Positions 51,252 through 60,282 of a DNA stretch of 64,000 nt are shown here, in pieces. The notes under the pieces are model-generated. The model searched no databases. It saw only the letters and a program-made list of their open reading frames with translations, and had not been told where the DNA came from. How positions within the stretch are numbered: position 1 is the stretch's first letter; each line of letters begins with the position of its first letter. Source of the DNA: an uncultured Acidobacteriota bacterium (lineage in GTDB: Bacteria; Acidobacteriota; UBA6911; RPQK01; JAPXNP01); contig CAVZRV010000007.1 in the NCBI GenBank assembly GCA_963777605.1, positions 704,001-768,000 on the forward strand, read 5' to 3'. The translations under genes and the position numbers were made by a program.

Positions 51252-52268
51252 ATGGCATTCCTGCGCATCCCGAGACCTTGGGAGAAGATACGTGAGTCGG
51301 AGGTTACCCCGGAATCGCTCTACCTGAATCGGCGCGATATCCTTCGTCGGTTCGGCATCGCCGGCCTTGGAGCGACAGCGGCGGCAGCCAGCCTCGGAAA
51401 GGCACTGGCCCAGGAGACCCGCCTCGGCCCTTACGGTCATGTTTCAAGATTCTGGTCCGAGAAGTGGTCCGACCTGTTCCCGGCGACGAGGGATCAGCGT
51501 TTCAAGGTCGAGCGCGGCATTACCGACGAGCGTATCGTTGCGGGCTACAACAACTTCTACGAGTTCTCGCTCAAGAAACAACAGGTCAAGGAACGGGTTG
51601 ACCAGTTCGAAGTCCATCCCTGGCAGGTGGAAATCGCCGGGGAGGTTGAGAAGCAGGGGACCTTCGATCTGGACGACCTCATCCGGATGGGAAATCCGGA
51701 AGAGCGGGTCTACCACCTCCGCTGCGTCGAGGCCTGGTCTGCCAACGTTCCCTGGACCGGCTTTCCACTCTCTCAGTTGATCGAGAAACTCAAGCCCACG
51801 GCAGACGCGCACTTCGTGCGGTTTTTCACACTGCTTCGTCCTTCGCAAATGCCGACCCAGCGCAACGGCGGCTATGGGTACCCCTGGCCTTACTACGAAG
51901 CACTCCGCATGGACGAGGCCATGAACGAGCTCGCCCTGCTGACATTTGGCGTCTACGGGCATCCGCTGAACAAGCAGAACGGGGCTCCGGTCCGCCTGAT
52001 TCTGCCCTGGAAGTTCGGGTTCAAGAGCATCAAGTCAATCGTCAAGATTGAGTTCGTGAAGAAACAACCAGGGACTTTCTGGACCGACATTTCCAGAGAA
52101 TACGGGTTCTATGGTAACGTCAATCCCGGGTTCGACCATCCAAGATGGAGCCAGGCATCCGAGCTGTTCCTCAACACGAGGGAACGGATACCCACAAGGC
52201 TCTACAACGGTTACGGGGAGTTTGTAGGCGGGCTTTATGATGAAACGGAACGAAAGTACTTCTACTAG
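51252..52268 (+). CDS. msrP: Protein-methionine-sulfoxide reductase catalytic subunit MsrP (molybdoenzyme)
   Basis: SEVTPESLYLNRRDIL Tat signal, YNNFYEF, HLRCVEAWS (Mo-ligand Cys), QNGAPVRLILPWKFGFKSIKSIV, HPRWSQASE, NGYG. Confidence 0.95.
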   Translation: MAFLRIPRPWEKIRESEVTPESLYLNRRDILRRFGIAGLGATAAAASLGKALAQETRLGPYGHVSRFWSEKWSDLFPATRDQRFKVERGITDERIVAGYNNFYEFSLKKQQVKERVDQFEVHPWQVEIAGEVEKQGTFDLDDLIRMGNPEERVYHLRCVEAWSANVPWTGFPLSQLIEKLKPTADAHFVRFFTLLRPSQMPTQRNGGYGYPWPYYEALRMDEAMNELALLTFGVYGHPLNKQNGAPVRLILPWKFGFKSIKSIVKIEFVKKQPGTFWTDISREYGFYGNVNPGFDHPRWSQASELFLNTRERIPTRLYNGYGEFVGGLYDETERKYFY

Positions 52269-52836
52269 GTCAAGGTTCCTTCCCGGGACGAGGTTGCTCG
52301 GCACCGTTCTGTCCTGGACGGGACTGGTCTTCTTCCTGCTGTGGGCTTGCCCCGGCTGTTCCACCGGATACTCCCCGGAAGGCGAACCAATCGACATGAA
52401 AGCCCTGCGGGAGTTCAAACCCTTCGAGTTGCCCGACCTCTCCGGCCAGACCCGCCAGCTTTCCGATTACCTCGACAAAGTGACCCTGGTTTCTTTCTTC
52501 TTTCCCACTTGAGGGACCTGTAATGCGGAGTTGCCGCAATTGCAGAAGCTCTACGATCAGTACTCCAGCCAGGGAATGAAAATGGTCGCCATCAACGTGA
52601 TTCCCGAGCAGGACGACATGGTGGCACCCTGGCAGGAGAAAAACGGGTTCACCTTCCCGATTCTGGTGGGAAGCGACTCAGACTCCATCATGAACGACTA
52701 TCGCATGACGGCAGCACCGCTGAACTTTCTGCTCGATTCCGAGGGTAATATTCTCAACAGGTTTGAAGGCTACGCGCCGGGCGGAGAGAAAGAGATCGAG
52801 AAAGACATCCGTCAGGCGCTGAAACTCGACTCCTGA
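52237..52836 (+). CDS. TlpA/ResA-like redoxin, probable selenoprotein (UxxC), probably exported or a lipoprotein
   Basis: ORFs 52237..52512 and 52531..52836 are in the same frame; reading through TGA 52510-52512 gives FELPDLSGQTRQLSDYLDKVTLVSFFFPT-U-GTCNAELPQLQKLYDQY...AAPLNFLLDSEG (199 aa). Exact start uncertain (ATG 52237/52240 or TTG 52294). Confidence 0.85.
52518..52545 (+). promoter_or_regulatory. Putative bacterial SECIS element
   Basis: Hairpin CTGTAA-TGCGG / loop AGTTG / CCGCA-(A bulge)-TTGCAG; loop begins after a 16-nt spacer from the UGA with G at loop position 2. Confidence 0.7.
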
Positions 52837-53474
52837 TCCGGCTGGTTCAACCGGTCGAGGATACCGAGAATTTCAGGGAAGGCGTCGATCTGGAAATCGG
52901 CCCCAACCGGGTCTTCTCCAACAAACCCGTAGCGACAGAAGATGGATCGGCATCCAGCCGTCCTGGCCATTTCAATATCCGGGGAATGGTCACCCACAAC
53001 GAGAATCTCTTCCGGCGCCAGATTATAGCGGGCCTGCAGGAACTTCACCGGGAAGGGGTCGGGTTTCTTAGCCGAAAAAGTATCACCCCCAGCCACAAAA
53101 TCGAACAGGTTCCCCATATCATGCTCCCGAAGCATGGCCCACACCAGAACCTCGGGCTTGTTCGAGACGATGGTCCGGACCGCCTCCACCTTGGGAAGCG
53201 TCTCCATCACTCCCGGGTAGGGTGTTGCCCGATCGCCCGGGTGCGCTTCGTAATACTCCATGATCACGGGCAAAGCGGTCGCGACATCGACCCCTGCATC
53301 TGCAAACGCTTTCTGAGCGAGGACCTGCACCCCAAAACCGACCATCGCGGTGACCGATTCGATGGAGTGAAGACTCAACCCGAACTCCCGGCGGGCATGG
53401 TTCACAGCGTCCGTAATGTCCTGTCGTGTATCGAACAGGGTGCCGTCAAAATCAAACGTGACTACTTTGATCAA
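52812..53474 (-). CDS. HAD-superfamily phosphatase (phosphoglycolate phosphatase-like)
   Basis: FDFDGTLFDT, VSNK, KKPDP, VGDHSPD, YGF. Confidence 0.9.
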   Translation of the reverse strand: MIKVVTFDFDGTLFDTRQDITDAVNHARREFGLSLHSIESVTAMVGFGVQVLAQKAFADAGVDVATALPVIMEYYEAHPGDRATPYPGVMETLPKVEAVRTIVSNKPEVLVWAMLREHDMGNLFDFVAGGDTFSAKKPDPFPVKFLQARYNLAPEEILVVGDHSPDIEMARTAGCRSIFCRYGFVGEDPVGADFQIDAFPEILGILDRLNQPDQESSFSA

Positions 53475-53658
53475 AATCCTGTCCCTTTCCCGGTCCGGGC
53501 CATTCTCTCACAAGCGAGGTCAGGGCGGGACGCGCTCCGGTCTTGCTGTTTACGGTTCTCCAGGTTGGATATCGGCCGCCCGCAAGGTATAAGTCTTGGG
53601 CGACGAAACACTCGTTGCAAGCGTACCCGGATTTTTTGGAAACAAACGGGGAGGTACT

Positions 53659-56600
53659 GTGCCAAAAGCCTTCGTTCTCAATTTCCTGGTTTTGTCCCTG
53701 GTTGCGTTGACCCCGCTCCCGGCTGCATCCGGGAACGTCGATTTCCCACGCTATCCGTCGATAAGTCCCGACGGCAAGATGGTGGTCTTTTCATGGCATG
53801 GGGACCTCTGGAAGGTTTCCTCATCGGGCGGAGAATCAATCCGGTTGACCAGCAACCCCGGACTCGATGCCCGGAGTGTCTGGAGCCGCGACGGGAAACG
53901 GATCTACTTCGAGTCTGACCGAACCGGTTTCCAGAACATCCACGGCATGAACTCCGATGGAACCGGAGTTCGGGAGATCTCACGTTCCGATGTCGATTTC
54001 TCGCTGGCCGGTGTCGGCGTCGACGAGAACAGAGGCGAGACGATTACCTTCTCTTCTGCCCGAGACGGCGACAACTATCGCTCAGCACGGCCGTTCTCCA
54101 TCTCCTCCGACGGAGGCGAAATCGCCAGGATTCACGATGCATTCGGAGACTTTCCCGTCTGGAGCCCCGACAATCGCCAACTGGCTTTCACCCGGGGAGG
54201 TGCCCGTTGGTCCCGGCGACATTACCGAGGAGCAGACCGGCGCAATATCTGGCTGTACGATCGGGAGAAGGGCTCCTTCCGCCAGCTTACAAACTGGGAC
54301 GGTAATGACGGGTTAGCCCGGTGGGGAAGCCCGACGACTCTGTACTTCCTCTCGGATCGTGAGAACCGACGCTACAACATCTACCGTCTCGATCTGGATG
54401 GAGATCGTGTCAACGTTCGCCCGGTTACCCGCTTCACGGACCGGGATGTCTGGAGTTTCGACGTCTCCTACGACGGCAAGCGCCTCGTCGCCCATGCCTG
54501 GGACACCCTGTATTTCGTCGACCTGTCATCCTCCAACCCGCAACCCAGAGCGCTCGCCATCTCGGCTCCGGATGACGGGAATGATCCATCCTTTCTGCAG
54601 CCGATCGATAAAACCGTCTCAGAGGCCGTGCTCAGCCCGGACGGAGAAACCATGGCGTTTGTGACGTTCGGAGAGGTATACGTTCGTAACGTCGCTGAGA
54701 AGAGCCCGACACAAAGAGTCACCGAAACTCCGGCCCGGGAAAAGGACCTGGCATGGTCTCCGGATGGCCTGCGCCTCTACTTCACCAGCGACCGGGAGGG
54801 AACCTGGTCGATCTACTCCGCGTCGGTCTCACTGAGTCGAAGCGAAGTCAAGGAACAGTTTGAGCCGGCCCAGGTTGAGCAAGCGGCACCGGAGAAGTCG
54901 CAGGAACCTCCCTCTGAAAGCGATCAAACAGCCGGGGACACGAAAAAGGCCAGGACCACCGAAATGAGCCCCGAGAAAGACCCCTCCAGATGGCACGATG
55001 CGGTGCAGTTTGAAATCCTGCCCGTAGTCGTTCGGGGTAGCGACGACTGGAAGCCGCGCCCCTCTCCGGACGGCAAGCTGCTCGCATTTCAGCACGAACG
55101 CGGTGACCTCCGGATTCTCGACCTGCAGACCGGCGCGATTCAGACCCGGGTTTCGGGTTGGGATTTCACCATCGACTGGCGCTGGAGCCCTGACTCCCGC
55201 TACCTTGCCTACCACCAGAATGATCTCAATTTCAATGCGGACATCTGGGTGGTGCCGGCAGACGGGTCAAACCCTCCGGTCAACGTGAGCCGGCATCCCG
55301 ACAATGACCTCGATCCGCGGTGGTCCTCCGACGGGAAGATCCTCAGCTTCGTTTCGGAACGAGTCAACCAGGAATTCGACGTCTGGGCAGTCTATCTGGA
55401 TCGTTCCGTCGAGTCTCTCACCCCGGCAGAACTCGAGCAGTACTACGAGGCCCGCGCCAAAGCCGCCAAAGGGATCAAGCCTCTCCCCACGGAGGAAGCG
55501 GCGGTGGCAGACCCCGGTGACAACAGCCCTGCCCTCAATCTGGAGGATGCCTATCTGCGACTCCGCCGGATCACGCGACTCAATGGCTCGGAATCAAATC
55601 TCGAGATGTCTCCCGGGGGAGATCTCCTTGTATTCACCGCGACCACCGATCGCCCCGGCCTTTACACCATAAAGTGGGACGGTCAGGGCCTCAAGAGGAT
55701 TGGTGACGCCGCGGGTGTTCAGCACATTTCACTCGATGGCCAGAAGGTGGTTCTGCTGAGCAAGGGCCAGGCTTACTTATCCGACATCGACGGCAAGGAG
55801 CGGAAACTGGTGGATATCTCCGACCGCATTCACGTTGACCGCCGAGCCCTGTCCACCGAAAAGTTCGAGGAACTGGCCCACACCCTCGGATCGCTCTTCT
55901 ACCACCCGACCATGAAAGGGCTCGACTGGCCTGCTCTCACCCGTCAGTATCTAAACTTGGCCAGAAACGCTTACACAGCCGACGAGTTCAACGACATCTC
56001 AATGCGGTTGCTGGGAGAACTCAACGGCTCTCACCTGGGAGTCTATGCGAGAGACGGTCGGGAGCCGACTTCCGAGCCGCAGGGCCGCCTGGGAATCAGG
56101 GCTCGCCGGGTGGTCGACGGATATGCAGTTGACGATGTCATTCCGCTCTCTCCGGCCGACGTCGGGCCGATGAAACTACGCCCCGGGGACGTCATCCTGA
56201 CCGTGGAAGGTCAATCCTTTGAAACTCTCGGCACCCTGGACAGTGCGCTCGAGGGCAGAGTTGGAAAGGAAACGCTCTTCCTCATTCGCAGGGGCGGCTC
56301 GTCGTCGGATGCCCCGGTTGAACACACCGTTCTCCTGACTCCGGTCAGCGCGGCACAGGAACGCCAGCTCAAATACGACGACTGGCGCACCTCGAACGCG
56401 CGCAAGGTCTCCGAACTGTCGAATGGGAAGCTGGGTTACATCCACATTCGGGGCATGGACCAGCCTTCCCTCGATGTCTTCGAGCGTGACCTGTACGACG
56501 CAGCCGCCGACCGTGCCGGCCTCATTATCGACGTCCGCAACAACGGCGGCGGATGGACGACTGATCGCCTCCTTGCTTCGATTATGGTCACTCCCCACGC

Positions 56601-57000
56601 CTACACGGTGCCCCGCGGTGCCGACGGGAAGCGGACCGATGTTTACCCCCAGGACCGTCTCTTCATCCAGCGCTACAGCCTGCCGATCGATCTTCTCTGC
56701 AATGAAAAGAGCTTCTCCAACGCGGAGATCATCTCTCATGCATTCAAAACCCTGAAAAGGGGGAGACTGGTGGGACAGGAAACCAATGGATCCGTCATCA
56801 GCACGGGCGCGTTCGAGTTGATCGACGGAACCGTCGTTCGCCTCCCATATCGGGGCTGGTACCTGCCGGACGGCACCGACATGGAGAATCACGGGGCCGT
56901 ACCGGACCTGATCGTGGCCCAAACGCCGGATGCCGAGGCCAAAGGAGTAGACGAGCAGTTGGAGGCCGCCGTCAAGGATCTGCTGGAACGGATCAACTGA
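53659..57000 (+). CDS. Tricorn-like S41 protease (beta-propellers, PDZ, S41)
   Basis: Signal peptide; PD40-like repeats (PSISPDGK, WSPD); GELNGSH, GYIHIRGM, DVRNNGGG, SFSNAE, GAVPD. Start at GTG 53659 after GGAGGT. Confidence 0.93.
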   Translation: MPKAFVLNFLVLSLVALTPLPAASGNVDFPRYPSISPDGKMVVFSWHGDLWKVSSSGGESIRLTSNPGLDARSVWSRDGKRIYFESDRTGFQNIHGMNSDGTGVREISRSDVDFSLAGVGVDENRGETITFSSARDGDNYRSARPFSISSDGGEIARIHDAFGDFPVWSPDNRQLAFTRGGARWSRRHYRGADRRNIWLYDREKGSFRQLTNWDGNDGLARWGSPTTLYFLSDRENRRYNIYRLDLDGDRVNVRPVTRFTDRDVWSFDVSYDGKRLVAHAWDTLYFVDLSSSNPQPRALAISAPDDGNDPSFLQPIDKTVSEAVLSPDGETMAFVTFGEVYVRNVAEKSPTQRVTETPAREKDLAWSPDGLRLYFTSDREGTWSIYSASVSLSRSEVKEQFEPAQVEQAAPEKSQEPPSESDQTAGDTKKARTTEMSPEKDPSRWHDAVQFEILPVVVRGSDDWKPRPSPDGKLLAFQHERGDLRILDLQTGAIQTRVSGWDFTIDWRWSPDSRYLAYHQNDLNFNADIWVVPADGSNPPVNVSRHPDNDLDPRWSSDGKILSFVSERVNQEFDVWAVYLDRSVESLTPAELEQYYEARAKAAKGIKPLPTEEAAVADPGDNSPALNLEDAYLRLRRITRLNGSESNLEMSPGGDLLVFTATTDRPGLYTIKWDGQGLKRIGDAAGVQHISLDGQKVVLLSKGQAYLSDIDGKERKLVDISDRIHVDRRALSTEKFEELAHTLGSLFYHPTMKGLDWPALTRQYLNLARNAYTADEFNDISMRLLGELNGSHLGVYARDGREPTSEPQGRLGIRARRVVDGYAVDDVIPLSPADVGPMKLRPGDVILTVEGQSFETLGTLDSALEGRVGKETLFLIRRGGSSSDAPVEHTVLLTPVSAAQERQLKYDDWRTSNARKVSELSNGKLGYIHIRGMDQPSLDVFERDLYDAAADRAGLIIDVRNNGGGWTTDRLLASIMVTPHAYTVPRGADGKRTDVYPQDRLFIQRYSLPIDLLCNEKSFSNAEIISHAFKTLKRGRLVGQETNGSVISTGAFELIDGTVVRLPYRGWYLPDGTDMENHGAVPDLIVAQTPDAEAKGVDEQLEAAVKDLLERIN

Positions 57001-57065
57001 TCCACCTGGTTGGATCACTTCACCAAAAAAGACGGAACCTTTCCATCCAGATGGCAAGATCGGAC

Positions 57066-57095
57066 TTGACCGGTTTCGGCCGACTTTCCTAATTT
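57066..57095 (+). promoter_or_regulatory. Putative sigma70 promoter of the Tes-like gene
   Basis: TTGACC (57066-57071), 18 nt spacer, TAATTT (57090-57095). Confidence 0.5.
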
Positions 57096-57204
57096 AGTGT
57101 TTGACCGCGAGTTTCAATCTTCGAAACGAGCGGTTTCGCCTTTTTGAGAGAGGCTATTTAGAGCGGGTTTCGAGCTCGATTCGTTTTTATTGGAGGGTTT
57201 TTCT

Positions 57205-59226
57205 ATGCCCAGAAATGGAGCCAGCGCCAAGGTCTGGAAGGCTGTGGATGCAGCCATTTGCTTTTCGGCCGGCAAGGCATTCGACACTATTCAGTTTTTC
57301 AACAAGTACAAACCCAATCCGAGTTTCACACCAAAGTGGTCTGACAAACCGCTGCTGAAGTCGTGGGAGAAATCCAAGCCGAAATTGGGCTGGCCTCGTG
57401 AGACCGACTCGCTCTGTCCGAAGTGCGTTATTGAAGCCCGGGAACGCATTCTCTCGGGAGACGAAGACTATCGCATCCTCATCGACGAAAAGGTCGGCGA
57501 GGTCAAAGCGACGGTCCTGGAGCGGGACGGAGAAGTCTGGATGGTCAAAGAATGTCCTATCCACGGGAAGTACGAGGACATCATGGCCGTAGACAAGAAC
57601 TTCCTCAAGTGGATCGAGTCGAACTTCCCTGGCCGGGATATCCAGGCTCACAATGACGAGGACCTGCACAACCACGGCTCGAGCACGATTCGCCACGGGC
57701 GTGGCGCGGTCCTGACTGTGGACCTCACCAATCGCTGCAACATGATGTGCGATCCGTGCTTTATGGACGCCAACCAGGTCGGCTTCGTCCACCAGCTGGC
57801 GTGGGAGGAGATCAAGGAGATCCTCGACAACGCTCTCAAGATCAAACCGCGGCGGCAGCTTTCGGTGCAGTTCTCTGGTGGGGAGCCCACCCTCTCTCCT
57901 CACTTCTTCCGCGCTATTCGTTACTCGCGTCGGGTCGGCTACAACAGCGTCCAGGCGGCATCCAATGGCATCGAATTCGCCCGCGACTTCAACTTTGCGC
58001 AAAAGGCCGCGGAAGCGGGACTCCGTTTCGTCTACTTCCAGTTTGACGGAATCGGCAACGACGCCAACAGCCATCGGCACATCGGCAACCTTTTCGACGT
58101 CAAACTGCGTGCCATCGAGAACATCCACAAGGCCGGTACGGAACTCGTGCTGGTCACGACCCTGGTCAACAACGTCAACAATGACCAGGTGGGTCCGATC
58201 ATCCGTTTCGCGATGGACAATCCGAAAAAGATCGCGTTCATTTCGTTTCAGCCCGTTTCATTCACGGGTCGCGACGAGGCCATCACTCCGGAACGCCGGC
58301 TTCTTCAGCGCTACACCCTGTCCCACATGGCGCATGACGTCAAGAAGCAGACCGGTCTGACCGAACCGCTCCGAGACTGGTTCCCGCTCTCGATGATGCA
58401 GAGCTTCTCCGATTTCGCCGACCTGTCTCACGGCCCCGACGCCGAGTGGGGCCAGGTCAGCTGCGGATGTCACCCCAACTGTGGTGTAGGCACCGCCCTG
58501 ATGGTGGACAAAGAAACCAAGGACGCCAAGCCGGTTCCGGAGTTTCTCAACATTCCCGGTCTGGTTGGCGATATTCAGAAGATCACCGATGCCGGCCGTG
58601 GGAAGGTCATCAGCAACCTGATGATGGGGCTGGCCCTCCTGAAACACTACAAGCCTTTCAAGGCGCCCAAGCGGCTCACCTTGGGCGATGTCCTGAAGAA
58701 GTTCGACAAGAGCTACGGCCTCTCCGGAATCGATTACGGGAAGAATTTTGGTGACGAGGCGTTCGAACGCCGGAAGGATCCCTGGAACTTCCTCTTCATC
58801 GCCGGGATGTGGTTCCAGGATCTCTTCAACTACGACTTCCGCCGTACCGAGATGTGCGTCATCCCTTACGGGACCCAGGAAGGGGAGATTTCCTTCTGTG
58901 CTTACAACACCGGACACGGCTGGCGAAACATCATCGAACACATGCACATGAATGCGACCGTCGCCGAGTGGTACAAGGAGCATGGCCGGCACTCGATCTA
59001 TGCCGGCGGCAAGAACCTTGACCTGTCCACTTACAATCACAGCCTCGATCTGAACCAGGAGGACGTCACCCACGTCCGGGATCGCCAGACCGAGATCCCC
59101 ATGACCGCACGAGAAGAGAAATTGGCCCGTCGCCGGGCTGCCCGCGAAGCGGCCATGGTGAAGGAGTACTACGAGGAAACGGTTCTGAAAAAGAAGAAGA
59201 AGACCGACCTCGTGCAGCTCGGCTAG
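57205..59226 (+). CDS. tes: Radical SAM protein, tetraether synthase (Tes/GDGT-MAS, MJ0619) family
   Basis: Rubredoxin-like TDSLCPKC...KECPIHG, DLTNRCNMMCDPCF radical SAM motif, QFSGGEPT, YFQFDG, FQPVSFTGR, auxiliary CGCHPNCG, MWFQD, C-terminal ISFCAYN. Start at ATG 57205 after GGAGG. Confidence 0.85.
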   Translation: MPRNGASAKVWKAVDAAICFSAGKAFDTIQFFNKYKPNPSFTPKWSDKPLLKSWEKSKPKLGWPRETDSLCPKCVIEARERILSGDEDYRILIDEKVGEVKATVLERDGEVWMVKECPIHGKYEDIMAVDKNFLKWIESNFPGRDIQAHNDEDLHNHGSSTIRHGRGAVLTVDLTNRCNMMCDPCFMDANQVGFVHQLAWEEIKEILDNALKIKPRRQLSVQFSGGEPTLSPHFFRAIRYSRRVGYNSVQAASNGIEFARDFNFAQKAAEAGLRFVYFQFDGIGNDANSHRHIGNLFDVKLRAIENIHKAGTELVLVTTLVNNVNNDQVGPIIRFAMDNPKKIAFISFQPVSFTGRDEAITPERRLLQRYTLSHMAHDVKKQTGLTEPLRDWFPLSMMQSFSDFADLSHGPDAEWGQVSCGCHPNCGVGTALMVDKETKDAKPVPEFLNIPGLVGDIQKITDAGRGKVISNLMMGLALLKHYKPFKAPKRLTLGDVLKKFDKSYGLSGIDYGKNFGDEAFERRKDPWNFLFIAGMWFQDLFNYDFRRTEMCVIPYGTQEGEISFCAYNTGHGWRNIIEHMHMNATVAEWYKEHGRHSIYAGGKNLDLSTYNHSLDLNQEDVTHVRDRQTEIPMTAREEKLARRRAAREAAMVKEYYEETVLKKKKKTDLVQLG

Positions 59227-59245
59227 GCCGTCGCTGTCTGTATGC

Positions 59246-59290
59246 GCCCTGCTCCGTCAATCCTGCGATCGGCGGAGCAGGGCTTTTTTT
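59246..59290 (+). terminator. Intrinsic terminator after the Tes-like gene
   Basis: GCCCTGCTCCGTC...GGCGGAGCAGGGC stem followed by T7. Confidence 0.9.
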
Positions 59291-59330
59291 ATGGGCAACT
59301 ATGATTCCAGCCTGCGTTGCGGCCGGCGTC

Positions 59331-59358
59331 TTGACGATCGCGGATCCTCGGTTAGACT
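59331..59358 (+). promoter_or_regulatory. Sigma70 promoter, probably giving a leaderless mRNA
   Basis: TTGACG (59331-59336), 16 nt spacer, TAGACT (59353-59358), 6 nt before GTG 59365. Confidence 0.65.
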
Positions 59359-59364
59359 CAGGGT

Positions 59365-60282
59365 GTGAAATTCAGGTTTCTCCCCTCGGCATGTTTGATG
59401 ATCGTAACTGTCGCGCTTTCGGCCGGCACCGATCTGGCGTTGCCCGGCCAGGCCGTCCCCCGAGCGAGTAGTGCTCCTGCCCGGATGCTGGACCTGTTTG
59501 ACGGACATGATCTTTCACAATGGCGAGGCCTCCACGGGAGCCTGATCCAGGACCAGATATGGCAGATTCGGGACGGACTTCTATGCGTTCAGCCGAACCG
59601 CCGCTCAGGAGACGACATCATCTCGATCCGGAGCTTCGACAACTTCGATCTCCGGTTTCAGTGGCGCATCGCTCCTGGCGGGAACTCCGGGGTCAAGTAC
59701 CTGATCCACGAAGAATTGACCGACCCGACCCGAGTCCGCTTGCATTACGGCTCCCTCTGGGTGTCGATAGCGCTCGCCTTTGTGACGCTCGCGTTTGTCC
59801 TGCTGGTCAGGGATCACCGGTTCAGCTCCCGCCGACCCCTTTTCGGTATTCTTCTCGGAGTCACCCTCTTCCTCTGCCTGTTTGCAGCTGGTGTGAGCGT
59901 CTTCCAGAGCGGCCAAGGGACATCTGCAGTAGGACTGGAGTTCCAGCTCTTCGACGCTCCTGGAGAACCGCCCTCCACGACGAGGACCTCCGGGGCACTC
60001 TACGACCTGTTCGCCCCTTCGGTCGATGCGACGAAACCGGCCGGTGAGTTCAACGAGGGTCGAGTGCTGGTTCGGGGCACCCACATCGAACACTGGGTCA
60101 ACGGAACCCGGGTCCTCGAGGTCGATCTCGACTCGGAAGAATTTCGCACCGCTCTTCAGTACAGCAAGTTCTCGGGCCTGGCTTTCGACTTGAAACACCC
60201 CGGACCGATCAGCCTTCAGAACCACATGGACGGCGCTTGCTTTCGGGCTGTCCAGATCAGCGAGATCCCAACCGGTCGTTGA
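59365..60282 (+). CDS. DUF1080 domain protein with an internal two-TM insertion
   Basis: LFDGHDLSQW, FDNFDLRFQW, GNSGVKY, two hydrophobic helices, GLEFQLFD, GALYD, HIEHWVNG, GPISLQNH. Confidence 0.82.
   Translation: MKFRFLPSACLMIVTVALSAGTDLALPGQAVPRASSAPARMLDLFDGHDLSQWRGLHGSLIQDQIWQIRDGLLCVQPNRRSGDDIISIRSFDNFDLRFQWRIAPGGNSGVKYLIHEELTDPTRVRLHYGSLWVSIALAFVTLAFVLLVRDHRFSSRRPLFGILLGVTLFLCLFAAGVSVFQSGQGTSAVGLEFQLFDAPGEPPSTTRTSGALYDLFAPSVDATKPAGEFNEGRVLVRGTHIEHWVNGTRVLEVDLDSEEFRTALQYSKFSGLAFDLKHPGPISLQNHMDGACFRAVQISEIPTGR

Noticed and set aside
57101-57117. TTGA...TCAA as an FNR box before the Tes-like gene
   Set aside because: Spacing is 9 nt rather than the 6 nt of TTGAT-N4-ATCAA.
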